Below are positions 25,897 to 37,109 of a DNA stretch of 52,315 nucleotides, in pieces. Within the stretch, counting starts at the first letter, position 1, and each line of letters opens with the position of its first letter. Source of the DNA: Girardia tigrina (lineage: Eukaryota); assembly GCA_001938485.1 (NCBI GenBank), contig MQRK01250436.1, forward strand, positions 1-52,315, in the 5' to 3' direction. The position numbers and the translations under genes were made by a program. The notes under the pieces are model-generated. The model did not search any database, was not told the origin of the DNA, and saw only the letters and a program-made list of their open reading frames with translations.

Positions 25897-26302
25897 TTCA
25901 CTTTTTTTAATCAATTGAAAACGATAACGTCACGTATCAAATTTACTTTCATCAATAATCAAAACTCTGTCGTATTTACAGGTCATTCAATTCAACACAA
26001 CAAAACAAAACTCAAGGTCATTTTTTTGAGTTTTAAATTATCAAAAATATCATTTTTCAATCTCAAAATAAAATATTACAATTAAACTGGATTTTTTTTC
26101 ACTTTTTTTAATCAATTGAAAACGATAACGTCACGTATCGAATTTACTTTCATCAATAATCAAAACTCTGTCGTATTTACAGGTCATTCAATTCAACACA
26201 ACAAAACAAAACTCAAGGTCATTTTTTTGAGTTTTAAATTATCAAAAATATCATTTTTCAATCTCAAAATAAAATATTACAATTAAACTGGATTTTTTTT
26301 CA
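25897..26302 (+). repeat. 201-bp tandem duplication
   Basis: Two copies starting 25897 and 26098, one substitution seen. Confidence 0.92.
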
Positions 26303-26438
26303 AGAATGGAACGATTTTTCCCCTTTTTAATTACAATTATCACAATAATTTTATAAATATATATATAAAGATTTTTTCTACTATACTTTTAACAACAAAA
26401 AAATTAAATATATACAAATATTCGATCAATTCGTAACA

Positions 26439-26812
26439 ATCGGTACGATTGGCGATTCCCGATGGTTAAGCCGGAAAAAGGATGCTATGATGAGAGTGAG
26501 TTCAAGGTTTGTGAGCAGGTTTATGTGAAGCCCGGTGGGACACGGTGTACAGCTCGATGGCAGAGAGGAGTTGTGTCGCGGTTTCACTCCGGATCGTCGG
26601 TTGACTCGGACGGTATTCCAAGGAATATTGCAGACTTGAGGCATGTGTCGCCTGAGCGATGACTTACGGAGATTGGAGAGGCATCGGAGCGGGAAGACGA
26701 GTTGGTGTCTGTGGCGAAGAGATGTACTTCGACGGCACCGCGGACGGTTCGAGTAATCCTGCCTTACTGGGTAGACCACTATGTAACATGTGATGTGGAT
26801 ATCACGGGGGCG
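26439..26812 (+). mobile_element. Gypsy integrase C-terminus and polypurine tract
   Basis: RYDWRFP..FKVCEQVYVKPGGTRCTARWQRGVV..DGIPRNIADLR; purine run CACGGGGGCG then TGTGATAA (3' LTR start at 26813). Confidence 0.8.
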
Positions 26813-28522
26813 TGTGATAACGAAATTAATGATAAATAACATTGTTGTTTTAATAAACTAAACTTTGGCGCGAGTGGCGAATCGAGTATATTTTGGCAAA
26901 TAAATTTTTCTCCTATCGTTATTTTTAGTTTTAACCACATTTTCAATATCCCAATATGTAGCAATCAAACGAAAAAAAACTGAGCAATAAAATGTCAAGT
27001 AATTGTCAGATTATAACTATTTGAATTTATTGTAATCATACTAACATAATACATTCTTGACAACATATTTATATGAATTAATATATAATTTTAGAGAAAG
27101 AAATAAATGACCCTAAAACAAATCTGTTTGAAAAAATACCTAAAAATCAAGGTAATATTAAAACATAATTAAAATCTTTTATTAATTATTATTTTGAAAT
27201 AGCAATTGCTAATTGAATAAATAAAATTTTATTGATTTAATATTTAATATATTTCTTTTCTTTAATATTTTAAATGAATATTCTATATCCGTGCTTTCTG
27301 AGCTTCTACAAAAACATTTCTTTCTGTTTTACTCGACAAATAAGAACTATTTGATTTTATGTCTTTTTTGTTCTTTGTCAATAAATCATAGTTGCAAAAA
27401 TAATTAAATTTAATTAACTACGACTGATTAAATTTAAATAAATCATTTTTATAATTTTTACAGAAATTTGAAATATTTTGTAAAATAATTTTTTACTAAA
27501 AATTATTAGTTTATTTTAGGACTTCGAGTATACCAGGATGCTGGTGTAATGAAGTGGAGATGTGATAACGCCATTCAAGAGGTGAGTTCGGTGTCAACAA
27601 AAAGGCAGGTGTTCTAGTGGTGTGGGCAAATTTAAATTTAAATATATTTATTTTAAACATTTGAAATTTTGCTTTTAATATAAATTTTATGAATATTTTT
27701 ATATAATCGATGGAGCGGAAAGTAAAAGGATTGGTCTAACATATGCCGAGATGATATAAAGTAAAAATAACTTTAAATAAATTAAATTTAAAAAAAAATA
27801 ATAAACTAAATACTTTTGTTTATTTTGAATATTTTGTGTCAAAATTTTTTTTTCAATGTGGGAGTGCTCTTTTTGATTACACGTTATTTGAACTTTTCAC
27901 TGTCATATTGGCCGTTTTCAGTTGATCAATTTGAATAATTATAAATACAAAACTGTTCTTGATTTGTTGCTGTTGAAATCTGGTAATGAAGAATTGTCAT
28001 TGAATTTTGAAGAAATCGTTTTATTTTGTGTGTGAATTTGTGTATGTGTGTGTAAAAATTACGTTGTAATATGTGCTTGTGTGTGTATTTTGGTGTATTT
28101 GTGTTTCTTTGTTTTGTTACTATTTTTTGTTTGAGTTTTGCTTTGATTATTTAAATTAATGTGAACGTGATCGAATGTTTTGTCACAATTAACCACCTCA
28201 GACCTGAATTTTCATTTTTGGTTGAAAAAATATTTTTCAAAATTTTCTTGTAAAATATAAAAATGAAAAGCTAAACATATTTTTTGGATTTTTAAAACTT
28301 TATTTTTGCAAAATACAGAAAGTATATTATAATGTACAATAGGGCACGAGTAGCTTTGAAAATGACTTTGAAAGAAGGATTGAAATTTATGTACATTACA
28401 ATGTGCACTGGGTTTGAGGAGGTTAAAAAATGATAATCAAATGAAAAACGGAGGTCATTTGAATAAAATAAAATTTTTGAAAGTCCTCTTTTCGCTAATT
28501 TGAATTAATAATATAATTTTCA

Positions 28523-28640
28523 ATGACTGATGATATTGAGATAATAAAATGCCAAACTTTTGAAATGGAACTGAGAAATATGGACTTGAATTATATCAGA
28601 GGAAGCGCTTTCGGAATGGTGACTTCAGTATATGATTATG
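28523..28640 (+). pseudogene. ERK: ERK-type MAP kinase first-exon fragment
   Basis: MTDDIEIIKCQTFEMELRNMDLNYIRGSAFGMVTSVYD versus ERK [33 protein letters not shown]; G-loop degraded; no downstream exons seen. Confidence 0.75.
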
Positions 28641-28856
28641 GTATATTCTATGCCAAAGAACAGATTTAGTGTTTAGTAATATATATACCCTTTTAAATAC
28701 AATGACAAAAGAAAAATTTTATTTACCATTAATTCATCAAACATGATTTAATATGGATATCCACAGGGTAAATATGATCCTGGTTCTTAATAACTTGTTA
28801 AATTGTATACGGTTGGAAACAACGTTTGGTTAGCCGTAAATTTTATATTTAGTCTG

Positions 28857-29150
28857 CAGTGGTGTGCGGTCCATCGAAGGAAGGGAAGCAACGTTGAATC
28901 AGATATGATCTAAGTGAGTCTTGCTACTGAAAACGATAAAAGTATTGCTTACTTCGAACCAACAAAACATAGAATGAACGTTCATGAAAGCGGATATAAA
29001 AAGTTATTGAATAATTTTTTTATTTTTAATGACCTTTTGTGAAAATTTTATTAAATATTTATGTACATGGGCAATAAAAATTCAAAAAATTATTTTCTTA
29101 TGTCTTTGGTTTATTGCTTCCCCTATATCAAAATCCAGCGCCAGCCACTG
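28857..29150. mobile_element. hAT-type MITE
   Basis: CAGTGG...CCACTG termini; 8-bp flanks TTAGTCTG / TTAGACTA (6 of 8 match). Confidence 0.7.
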
Positions 29151-29835
29151 TTAGACTAAATAAAATATCTATGATAAAATATTTGGTCAAATAAGTTTTC
29201 ACACATTTATGCATAAAATATTTGACAAAATATTATTCTAAATTATATCATGACTTTCAATCGAATCGACTTTGGAACTATGAGGGGTTAGTTTTAAGTT
29301 TCGCCAAAATAGTTTATTGTTTTTTTAATTTGAAAATTTATAAATAATTATAAATTAATTTGAAAATTAATAAATACTTATTTAAAATATTTTTACAGTA
29401 ATAACAATTAACATATTTTAATAAAAGTAATAGAATAAGCTAAATAAATTTTAATTAACGGATTAATATTTTCAGAAATAATTTTTTTAATAAAATGGTT
29501 ATTGTAAATTTAAATTAAATAGTTTTATGATTAAGTTTTGTAAGAATGTGAAAAATTTGGTTACATTAAAAATTTATAAATTTTTTGTAAGAAAATGTAA
29601 ATTATTTAAGGGTAAAATTTTTGTATATTTTCAAAATTTAATCGAAAAAAATTAATGAACTAATTTTGGGCGAAATAATTGAATTAATAAGAAATTTGTT
29701 TAAGTATATGAATTGTAAATAGTAATAAATTTTTGGTGGTGTTAAATTATGGCTTTAGAATGTGATAATACTGAAAGTGGCATAAACGCTACTTACAGGA
29801 ACATTTATTATATTCATTACTGTTTAAAATGTTAC

Positions 29836-30292
29836 TTATTGAAACAACCTTTTCCACAGAGAAATATTTGACTCTTTGGGTACATCCATTGAATGAATTA
29901 GATGCCGGAAATAATTGAAGAGGTTCAATGAGATTGAATTCATTGTAAATGAGTAGGGACAGTCAGGATGACTTTCCCAAGAAATTAACGACCGCACACA
30001 AAACTTGTTTAAAACTACAAGAAAGCTATTATGAAATGGTATAACATCATCTCTAGAATAGTACGTTGTCACACCATTTCAATAAAAAAAGAAATTATTT
30101 CCGAATCGTAAAAATTATAGCATTCAGCTGCAAACCAAATAGGAAATTTTTGACATACTTAATCAGATTGTAGTGTTCACTAAATCGTATCATCAGCAGC
30201 AACCAATTAAGAGTTTTTTTCCACGTGATATTTAACTGAATTTTTGAATTTTTTTCAATTAATAAAAAAGCCTTAATTGGATTTGCGATCAC
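29836..30292 (-). pseudogene. Unidentified decayed coding-like fragment, head-to-head with the bromodomain fragment
   Basis: Two adjacent protein-like ORFs in different frames; family not recognised. Confidence 0.3.
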
Positions 30293-30583
30293 TGAAATTT
30301 TTGAGCTGGAAAATTCCAGACTTATAATTGATAATTTCTAGATAAAATTTCAAGAAAAAATAACGGACAAAAAAAACAATTTACCGTTAAAAAATTAATT
30401 AACAAAAAATAAAAAATAAACGGAATAACAATGTTCAATTTTGTTTTACTACTGTGTCTAAAATAAAAAATTTTGATTTAGCTTTCTTTTCACCATTTTC
30501 AATATTATTTTCGATTACGACTTTTCGGTTTCTCTAAAGCCGATTTTCGAGTGCAATTCATCGATTAGTAATCAAAAAATAAA

Positions 30584-30930
30584 ATGCTCGTTTCGAATGA
30601 TCGTGTCGAAATCACGAGAAAGCTCGATGAACTTGCCGATAGTTCCGGTCGGCCTCGTCCGGTCGATGATCCTACCAACCGGTTCCAATTCGTAAAAAGG
30701 AAAACCCTTCCGCAACTAATGCGACATAAATATTCCTTTCCGTTTCTCCATCCGGTCGGTCACACGGCGCTCGGCATCCAAGATCATCCGAAAATCGTGC
30801 ACTATCCAATGGATGTCATTTCCATCATAAATCGATTGATCAAGAAATTCTACTACAACACTGATCAGTGCATTTCCAATGTGATACTAGTGCCCCAGAA
30901 TTACTGTATCTTCAATCCGACCGCTGAATC
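30584..30930 (+). pseudogene. BET-family (BRD2/3/4/fsh-like) first bromodomain fragment
   Basis: TNRFQFV..LMRHKYSFPFLHPV..LGIQDHPKIVHYPMDV.SI..RL..FY...QCI......NYCIFN; several conserved residues altered; homology ends after BD1. Confidence 0.85.
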
Positions 30931-31934
30931 AAACACCATCTCGGTTGTGATGATGAAATTGAGTTCCCGGTCCCCGAGCACTTTGATCACTCTGGGCCAG
31001 ATGCCGGCATTTATATTTACGTCAAAATGCCACCCATTAAAGGTAAACTAATATTTTCATCAACATATTCGCGAGATCTCATCTCGCAGATAAACCACGC
31101 CCACATCACAGATATTAACAATGGAATTTCTTCGCGCTAATCATAGGGAGTGGGAAGAATACAAATACTTAATTGTGAAGTGTGAGCAAAAAATCTGTTG
31201 TTTCATAAAGTACTAAGCAAAAATATTTTCCTTGATTTACTCTTCCTAATTAAACAACATTAAATTAATTGATTTCGTATTAATTAAGACACATGTCTAT
31301 CTCTTGTGTTATTATTTTCTTCCATAATAGGGTCTCTGCAGGTAGCTCTGTAACACAGAAGCTCTGAAGTTTACTTCATTTTCAATGGAAATTTCTGGTT
31401 CGATAACTATATACCAATCATCTCTGTATCCCATGTACAATAAGTTCTCTATTTCAAGAAATATTATGAGTTTAGCAATTAATTTTAGTCTTTCAAATCG
31501 TTTAAATGAGATTTATCTAAATCTACAATGTATTTTGTATTTAAACAAGTATAAGACACAGTGCTTATTATTTTATTACACTTCCCATGATCTCACTAAA
31601 AATTCACATAATCAACTAGAAATTTAGGGGGTTTTAGTACCAGCATCGGTTGATAATTGTTAGAAAAACGAAAGCGATGAATGAAAAAACAAAAAGAAAA
31701 AAAATTAAAACCGATGAAGATAGAAATTACCAAAACAATTAAAATTTTAATTTATTTATATTTTTTGACAATAAATTGTAAATAAAACAATTATGCGATA
31801 TTCTTTCATGTGAAAAAAATCCTCAGAATTTTCGACTCACATTTACTTAGAACATAGAAAAGAATGTTTTTTTAAAAAATAAACTTGAAAAAAGATGGCA
31901 ATTTTTTTATTATAAACAAATAAACACCATTTAA

Positions 31935-32204
31935 AAATATATTTTGTGATAATATATTTCGACGGTTTAATCGCCATCATCAGATCCCTGATTATGTTCT
32001 TTTTTATTGCTTTGATATAAGAAATGAATGATTATGCAATGACTTACGTAAGTCTAATCGAAAACTCTTAAATAAATTTGTTGAGAGTGCTGTTTGAACA
32101 TTGATTTTAGGATCACATGATCTTATCAACAATACTTCACATGACACTCTCTCCCAATAATTTTTAAAATGCTTGCACAAAATCTTACAATCATTTATGC
32201 TCAT
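31935..32204 (-). mobile_element. Penelope-like 3' end with hammerhead-like core (31957-31983)
   Basis: CKILCKHFKNYWERVSCEVLLIRSCDPKINVQ; CUGAUGA-U-GGCGAUUAAACCGUC-GAAA. Confidence 0.8.
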
Positions 32205-33457
32205 ATTACATTTACACGTTTTTTATGCTCAGCAATATTACTCTTTCCCCCTTTTATATTTTTTAAATTTTCTTATTTATGATTACATTTTTCTATGTAC
32301 TTTGTAATAATTGTGTAAATTAAGAATAAACAATTTAACGAGGGATTATTTATAAAATGTTATTGAACGAAAGGATGAAGACATGTCCTATAAAAGTGTG
32401 ATTAATATGCTTGGATTATCGAAACTAAGCTCATTTATAGTTGATATATTAAATAATGCTATGAGATGAGTTTTTGTTCAAATTTTAATACCTAAATTTT
32501 GAAATTTTATTAAGATTATACTTATAGTTCGAAAAACCAGTTGAGTCAACTCAGCCTTGGGCCACTTCGCTGTGGATAACATCATCCGTCGTGAGTGACG
32601 TTTGGAGGTTGCATCGGTTCTGGAATATTGCTCTGGTTCAGCTTCGGTTGGCTGAACTAGCGCGAGTTGACCAACTTTGTTTTAAATATCGCTGTTGCAG
32701 CATGAAAACGGTTTCGTCACACAAAGAGTGCCAAATTATAAATTTTCAAAATTACGATCAGTAACTGAAAATACTTCAGTCCTGACTTTCTGGGAACGTA
32801 CTCTAATTGCTGATAAGAAGTTTACCAGTACAAATTGATATAAATTCAAAGACTGAAATAACAAAGAATTTACGAATTGCCAATGTTCAATACACATTTT
32901 AAAACTTGCCAAATGATTGTTCGATAAAACCAATTGTTATTCTTTTTCACTTTATTTTAATTTTTTGTTGTACATAATAAAAGATTTTCGGTATTGATAG
33001 AAAATCATTGATAACGTATCTTTATTTTGTAAAGTATCGGTTACAAATCCAAGGAATAAGACAGATGTTTTATCAGGTATTTCAAACCGAAAGAATTTAT
33101 TGAAGTTGTTAATTTAAAAACAGCTAATTGAATATAATAAGATTACTGATAAGATCAGTAATCCTTTAGTACTTTCTATGCCAACCAAGCCGACTGAAAA
33201 TTTCCCCGAAAGCAAATTTTCAAATTACTCAAGGAAAATGAACGATAGATTAAAATAGTTTAGTTTTATTAAGTTTTGCATTGAAATAAGAAATGCAGTT
33301 TATCATAAAATATTAATTTTTCTGTATGACTAAAAAAATGAGTTTTGCTAAATAGAAAAAATATCAATTAATTTTATATGTTATGACAAACAAAATATAA
33401 TAAAATTTATACAAAAGTAAAATTTTTAAAAATATTTTCTATAAATTTGAAATTTTA

Positions 33458-33524
33458 TATATATATATATATATNNNNNNNNNNNNNNNNNNNNNNNNNN
33501 NNNNNNNNNNNNNNNNNNNNNNNN

Positions 33525-33572
<48 letters not shown>
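33458..33572. repeat. (TA)n microsatellite spanning a gap
   Basis: Direct observation. Confidence 0.9.
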
Positions 33573-33576
<4 letters not shown>

Positions 33577-34339
33577 ACATATAAAGAATACAGAAAAAAC
33601 GCATTATACTGCAAATAAACAAATTATTTTTTTATTTGTATACATTGTCTAATGATTTCTAATTAAAAATTAATTATTACTATTCATATAAATTCTAACT
33701 AACGTTAATAATATTTACTAGAAATATATCAAATTATAAGAGATTTTTTGCAAAAAACTTCTCAAATCGTAAACAGAAATAAATTTAGAACAATAAAATT
33801 TATAATTAATCAAAGATTAGGTTTACCAAGTTTGCATAACTAAAATTAATATGTGAATAATAAGTTATTATTAATAACTGTTAGGAAGATTATATTTAGT
33901 TTTTATTAATTAATCAAGGTTATTGCCATTCAAATATATAATAATTTATTAAAGATAAATAAATTTGGTTTCAAATAATTCTTTATTGAATGTCAAATTT
34001 AATGTATTTTATTTTCATAATAAAAGCGTATTTTTAATAATTAAATTTTTTCAAATTTTATGTATTGAATAAAACTAATAATATGCAAAAATAACTAGGC
34101 CATCCGAAATGTTCTTAGCTTAACACAGATGTGGCGCCTTAAACTGCAAAAAAGGTATGTTAAAATGTCATATATGTTATATGAACACATGTTAAATATT
34201 ATTACGATTTGTCATTTGTTTAAAAGCTATTTAAAATTGACTTGACATTGAATTTTAAGACATCGATAAATTCAGGAATTTGGCGGTAGATGAATATTTA
34301 TTTATGAAAGGATTAAAAGAAGAATAAATTCATCTTGCC

Positions 34340-35240
34340 ATGTGAATATGTTACGGGGGACACTGTCGCAGGTGCCCTCATAATGAGGAAACTTTGGTCC
34401 ATGTACTTACAGGATGTATGTACAGTGAAGGGTTCTGGAATTATAGGCACAACTCGGTCCATTATTGTGTTGGGAAGCAAATAACTCAGTATTTGGACTG
34501 CAAAGTCGACATAAATGTTGAGTATCGATATACTCCTTCACAAGACCAAGTGGATCTTCAGGTATACGTTCAAGGATCTAAGATGCTATACCTGATAGAT
34601 GTCAAGTGTCCATTTGACACGAAGAAGAATATGGAGAATAACAACAAGGAGAATCTCTATCATTACCAGGCTCTTGCTGTTGCTTGCAGGGTAGCAATGC
34701 CAGAGACGACTGTGACAGTGCTCACCCTCCAGGTAGGGTGCCTAGGGACGTGGCCGAAAAGGAGCACTGACATACTCACAACTCTAAAGATCCAACCAAA
34801 AGTGATAAGACAGATTGCAATTGGCTGCTCAGTATCGAATGTGAAATACTCAGCAGCACAATGGTCTTATCACCAAGATGGAATAGTTCCAAGCGGGATC
34901 CAGAGAATAAATAGGATTAATGTAGAAGAGATCCAAGAACCTCAGAAAGGCATGTTAGCGATGGAAGAGATGGAATATGAACATGCTGTTCCTGAGGGAG
35001 AGAAGAATTTGATCCCACCGCCTTGGAAGCACTTGTACAATCTTATAGCTATAGAGTAGGAGTGCAACAGGGGGGAGTATTAGACATTGAGGATCAAACA
35101 GATAATGATCCATCTGAAGATGGGCAGGTCTCCAATCTATATAGGACGAGGATTGGAGATTCATCTGACGATGAAGACAGCTCATCATGGGAAGAGGACT
35201 TGATCTTCGATGATGAATTGTTAAGGCCAGGTGTGTGAAC
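34340..35240 (+). mobile_element. 5'-truncated RLE-type non-LTR retrotransposon (R2/R4/NeSL group), C-terminus
   Basis: CRRCPHNEETLVHVLTGC CCHC knuckle, RHN, VDL...LIDVKCPFD restriction-like endonuclease, VGCLGTW. Confidence 0.88.
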
Positions 35241-35303
35241 AAAAGTGTCAACTAGTTTATATTATTCAACGTTTTATCTGCAGATCTTCCTCGATTAATG
35301 GAT

Positions 35304-35900
35304 TTATTGAGCTAACTTTGTTCCAGCTCTCAATTTCATCGGTTTTGAATCAAAATTGACTAGTCTAATTGGTATTTTTCCACCTCTGAATGATGCTACA
35401 CTTGATACAACGGAAAGGTCGTTTTTAGATTCGAACGATGTTTCTGGTTCAAAGTAACTATTTTGCATATCTTCAATAGACGTATCAGCATTACAAACCA
35501 TTTCGGAATGTTCTGGTATCTCAATTGCTGCCGATATGAAAACATCAGTTTTTTATATATATTCTTTTCTTTTTCTTTAGATTTTAGTTGTCTGCTAGTA
35601 AAGCCAAACACAAGTTCTTTCATCTGATTCAGAACATCCATACCTACTACTGCTTTATATGGACATTGTTTTATAATTTTTACTCAATGTCATAGACAAA
35701 GATTACCAATTTCTACTTTACAATATAGTTGTCCTATAATATTCAACTTATTACTAGATAATGATTTTGATTCGGTCTTTGAGACTATTTTATGTCAATC
35801 TGTTTTTGAAATTAGAGCTTCATCGATTATTGTTATATCTGACCAGGTATCTATTAATGCTGCTACTTCTAGAGTCTAGAAGTCTGGAATCTAGACCATT
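35304..35900 (-). mobile_element. LTR-retrotransposon aspartic protease plus PR-RT spacer (decayed)
   Basis: EVAALIDTWSDITII (DTG mutated to DTW, 35843-35851)..LNIIG..CPYKAVVGMDVL; spacer IPIRLVN....MKLRAGTKLAQ. Confidence 0.8.
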
Positions 35901-36760
35901 TATTTTATCTTTTGTAAGCATTTTTTTTCTGTTTCTGGATACAACATTAACCGTATTTTCTTTAGGTGGTACCGGGTCTGTACGCTCCATGTATTTACGA
36001 TCCTCGGCCGATACTATACCCTCTTCTAATTTATCACATATATTATCTGTTTCGATTTTGATTATACTTCCTTTCTGTTCATTCGCATTTGTAAACTGAC
36101 CTTCATCCTTTGATTTGAGATCTATACTCTTTTTGAATTTTTTAATTTCTTTACTTTGATGGTTCATGATTACAAATTTTGCTAAGAATGGTATACATCC
36201 GGTAATTAACTTCTATGTAAAACCTACTGCCTTGTATAAAGTATTTGTAGACACCAATTGCAGTAAAACTGCTTTGACAACGATTAAAACCGCATATATT
36301 CCAATTAAACCTGCTACAAAAGTGACAAAGCTTGTACATCGCTCCCATGTTTTACGAATTACACTCATAGCTATCTTTTGATAATGGTCTACTCCAAACA
36401 ATAACTCGTAATTAGGCTGCTCAAAATTATCACTCATTACTGTCTCAAACAAATTTTTGATAACTCTTTCTCTCTTGTTTGGAAACAATATATTTCTTCG
36501 AGTTTCTTCTATTTCTTCTTCTGTATAAAGACCACTTTTTTCAAAAGTTTCAACGTTTTCGAATTGAATTTCATGTTCTAGTTTTACCATCTCCCAATTT
36601 TCTATTCTTTGTATCCTTTTTCTGTTAGGTAATATATATGTTACACATATATCATTTGATATTTGATAAGCTGGAGCCATTAACATATTATACTTCAGAA
36701 ATCTAGGTTGTCGATTTGATTGTAATAAAATTCGTGTAACTGGTTCCATATACCCAGAAA
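35901..36760 (-). mobile_element. Chuvirus/gB-like (class III) envelope glycoprotein, C-terminal half
   Basis: MEPVTRIL..PAY..GLYTEEE....ILFP..RE.VI..W......AGLIGIY....K.......LYKAVGF(T*)KL pattern with a TM segment; one in-frame stop. Confidence 0.7.
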
Positions 36761-37109
36761 TTATATTAATAAAAATAAAAATAATAATATCAATCAAGGA
36801 ATATGTATTTCAAAAATTTAAAACAATCACCTGTGCGCATAAATCAAAAATCAATACAAATGAAAATCCAGTTATTCGGTTTTATACCAAAAAAAACAGA
36901 CAGAGATTGACGATGAGAATTACAACCGAAAATCGGATATGGTCCAAAAAAGGACCATGTGAAAATGAATTCAGAATCAATTGTTAAAATATTAATCAAT
37001 TAATATTTTCAATTAATATTTTTTAATCAATTAAATTAACCAATTATTAAAATATATTAAAGTTATTGAAAGTTTATTTTTTTTAAAAAAGTTCTTTTTC
37101 GAATTTTTC

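Larger units (their letters stand above)
24979..26438. mobile_element. TG...CA-bounded insertion with 5-bp ATCGG duplication carrying host sequence
   Basis: ATCGG at 24974-24978 and 26439-26443; ends TGTTTCCGAATTG / CAATTCGTAACA; removal restores the integrase frame. Confidence 0.6.

Noticed and set aside
6155-36215. Stops at conserved or probable Trp positions (AGAP TGA 6155, GPKOW TGA 9623, tubulin TAG 13375, glycoprotein TAG 36213) suggesting a variant genetic code
   Set aside because: Both TGA and TAG occur, TGG is one transition from each, the same fragments have frameshifts, and TGG is used for Trp elsewhere; ordinary decay explains it
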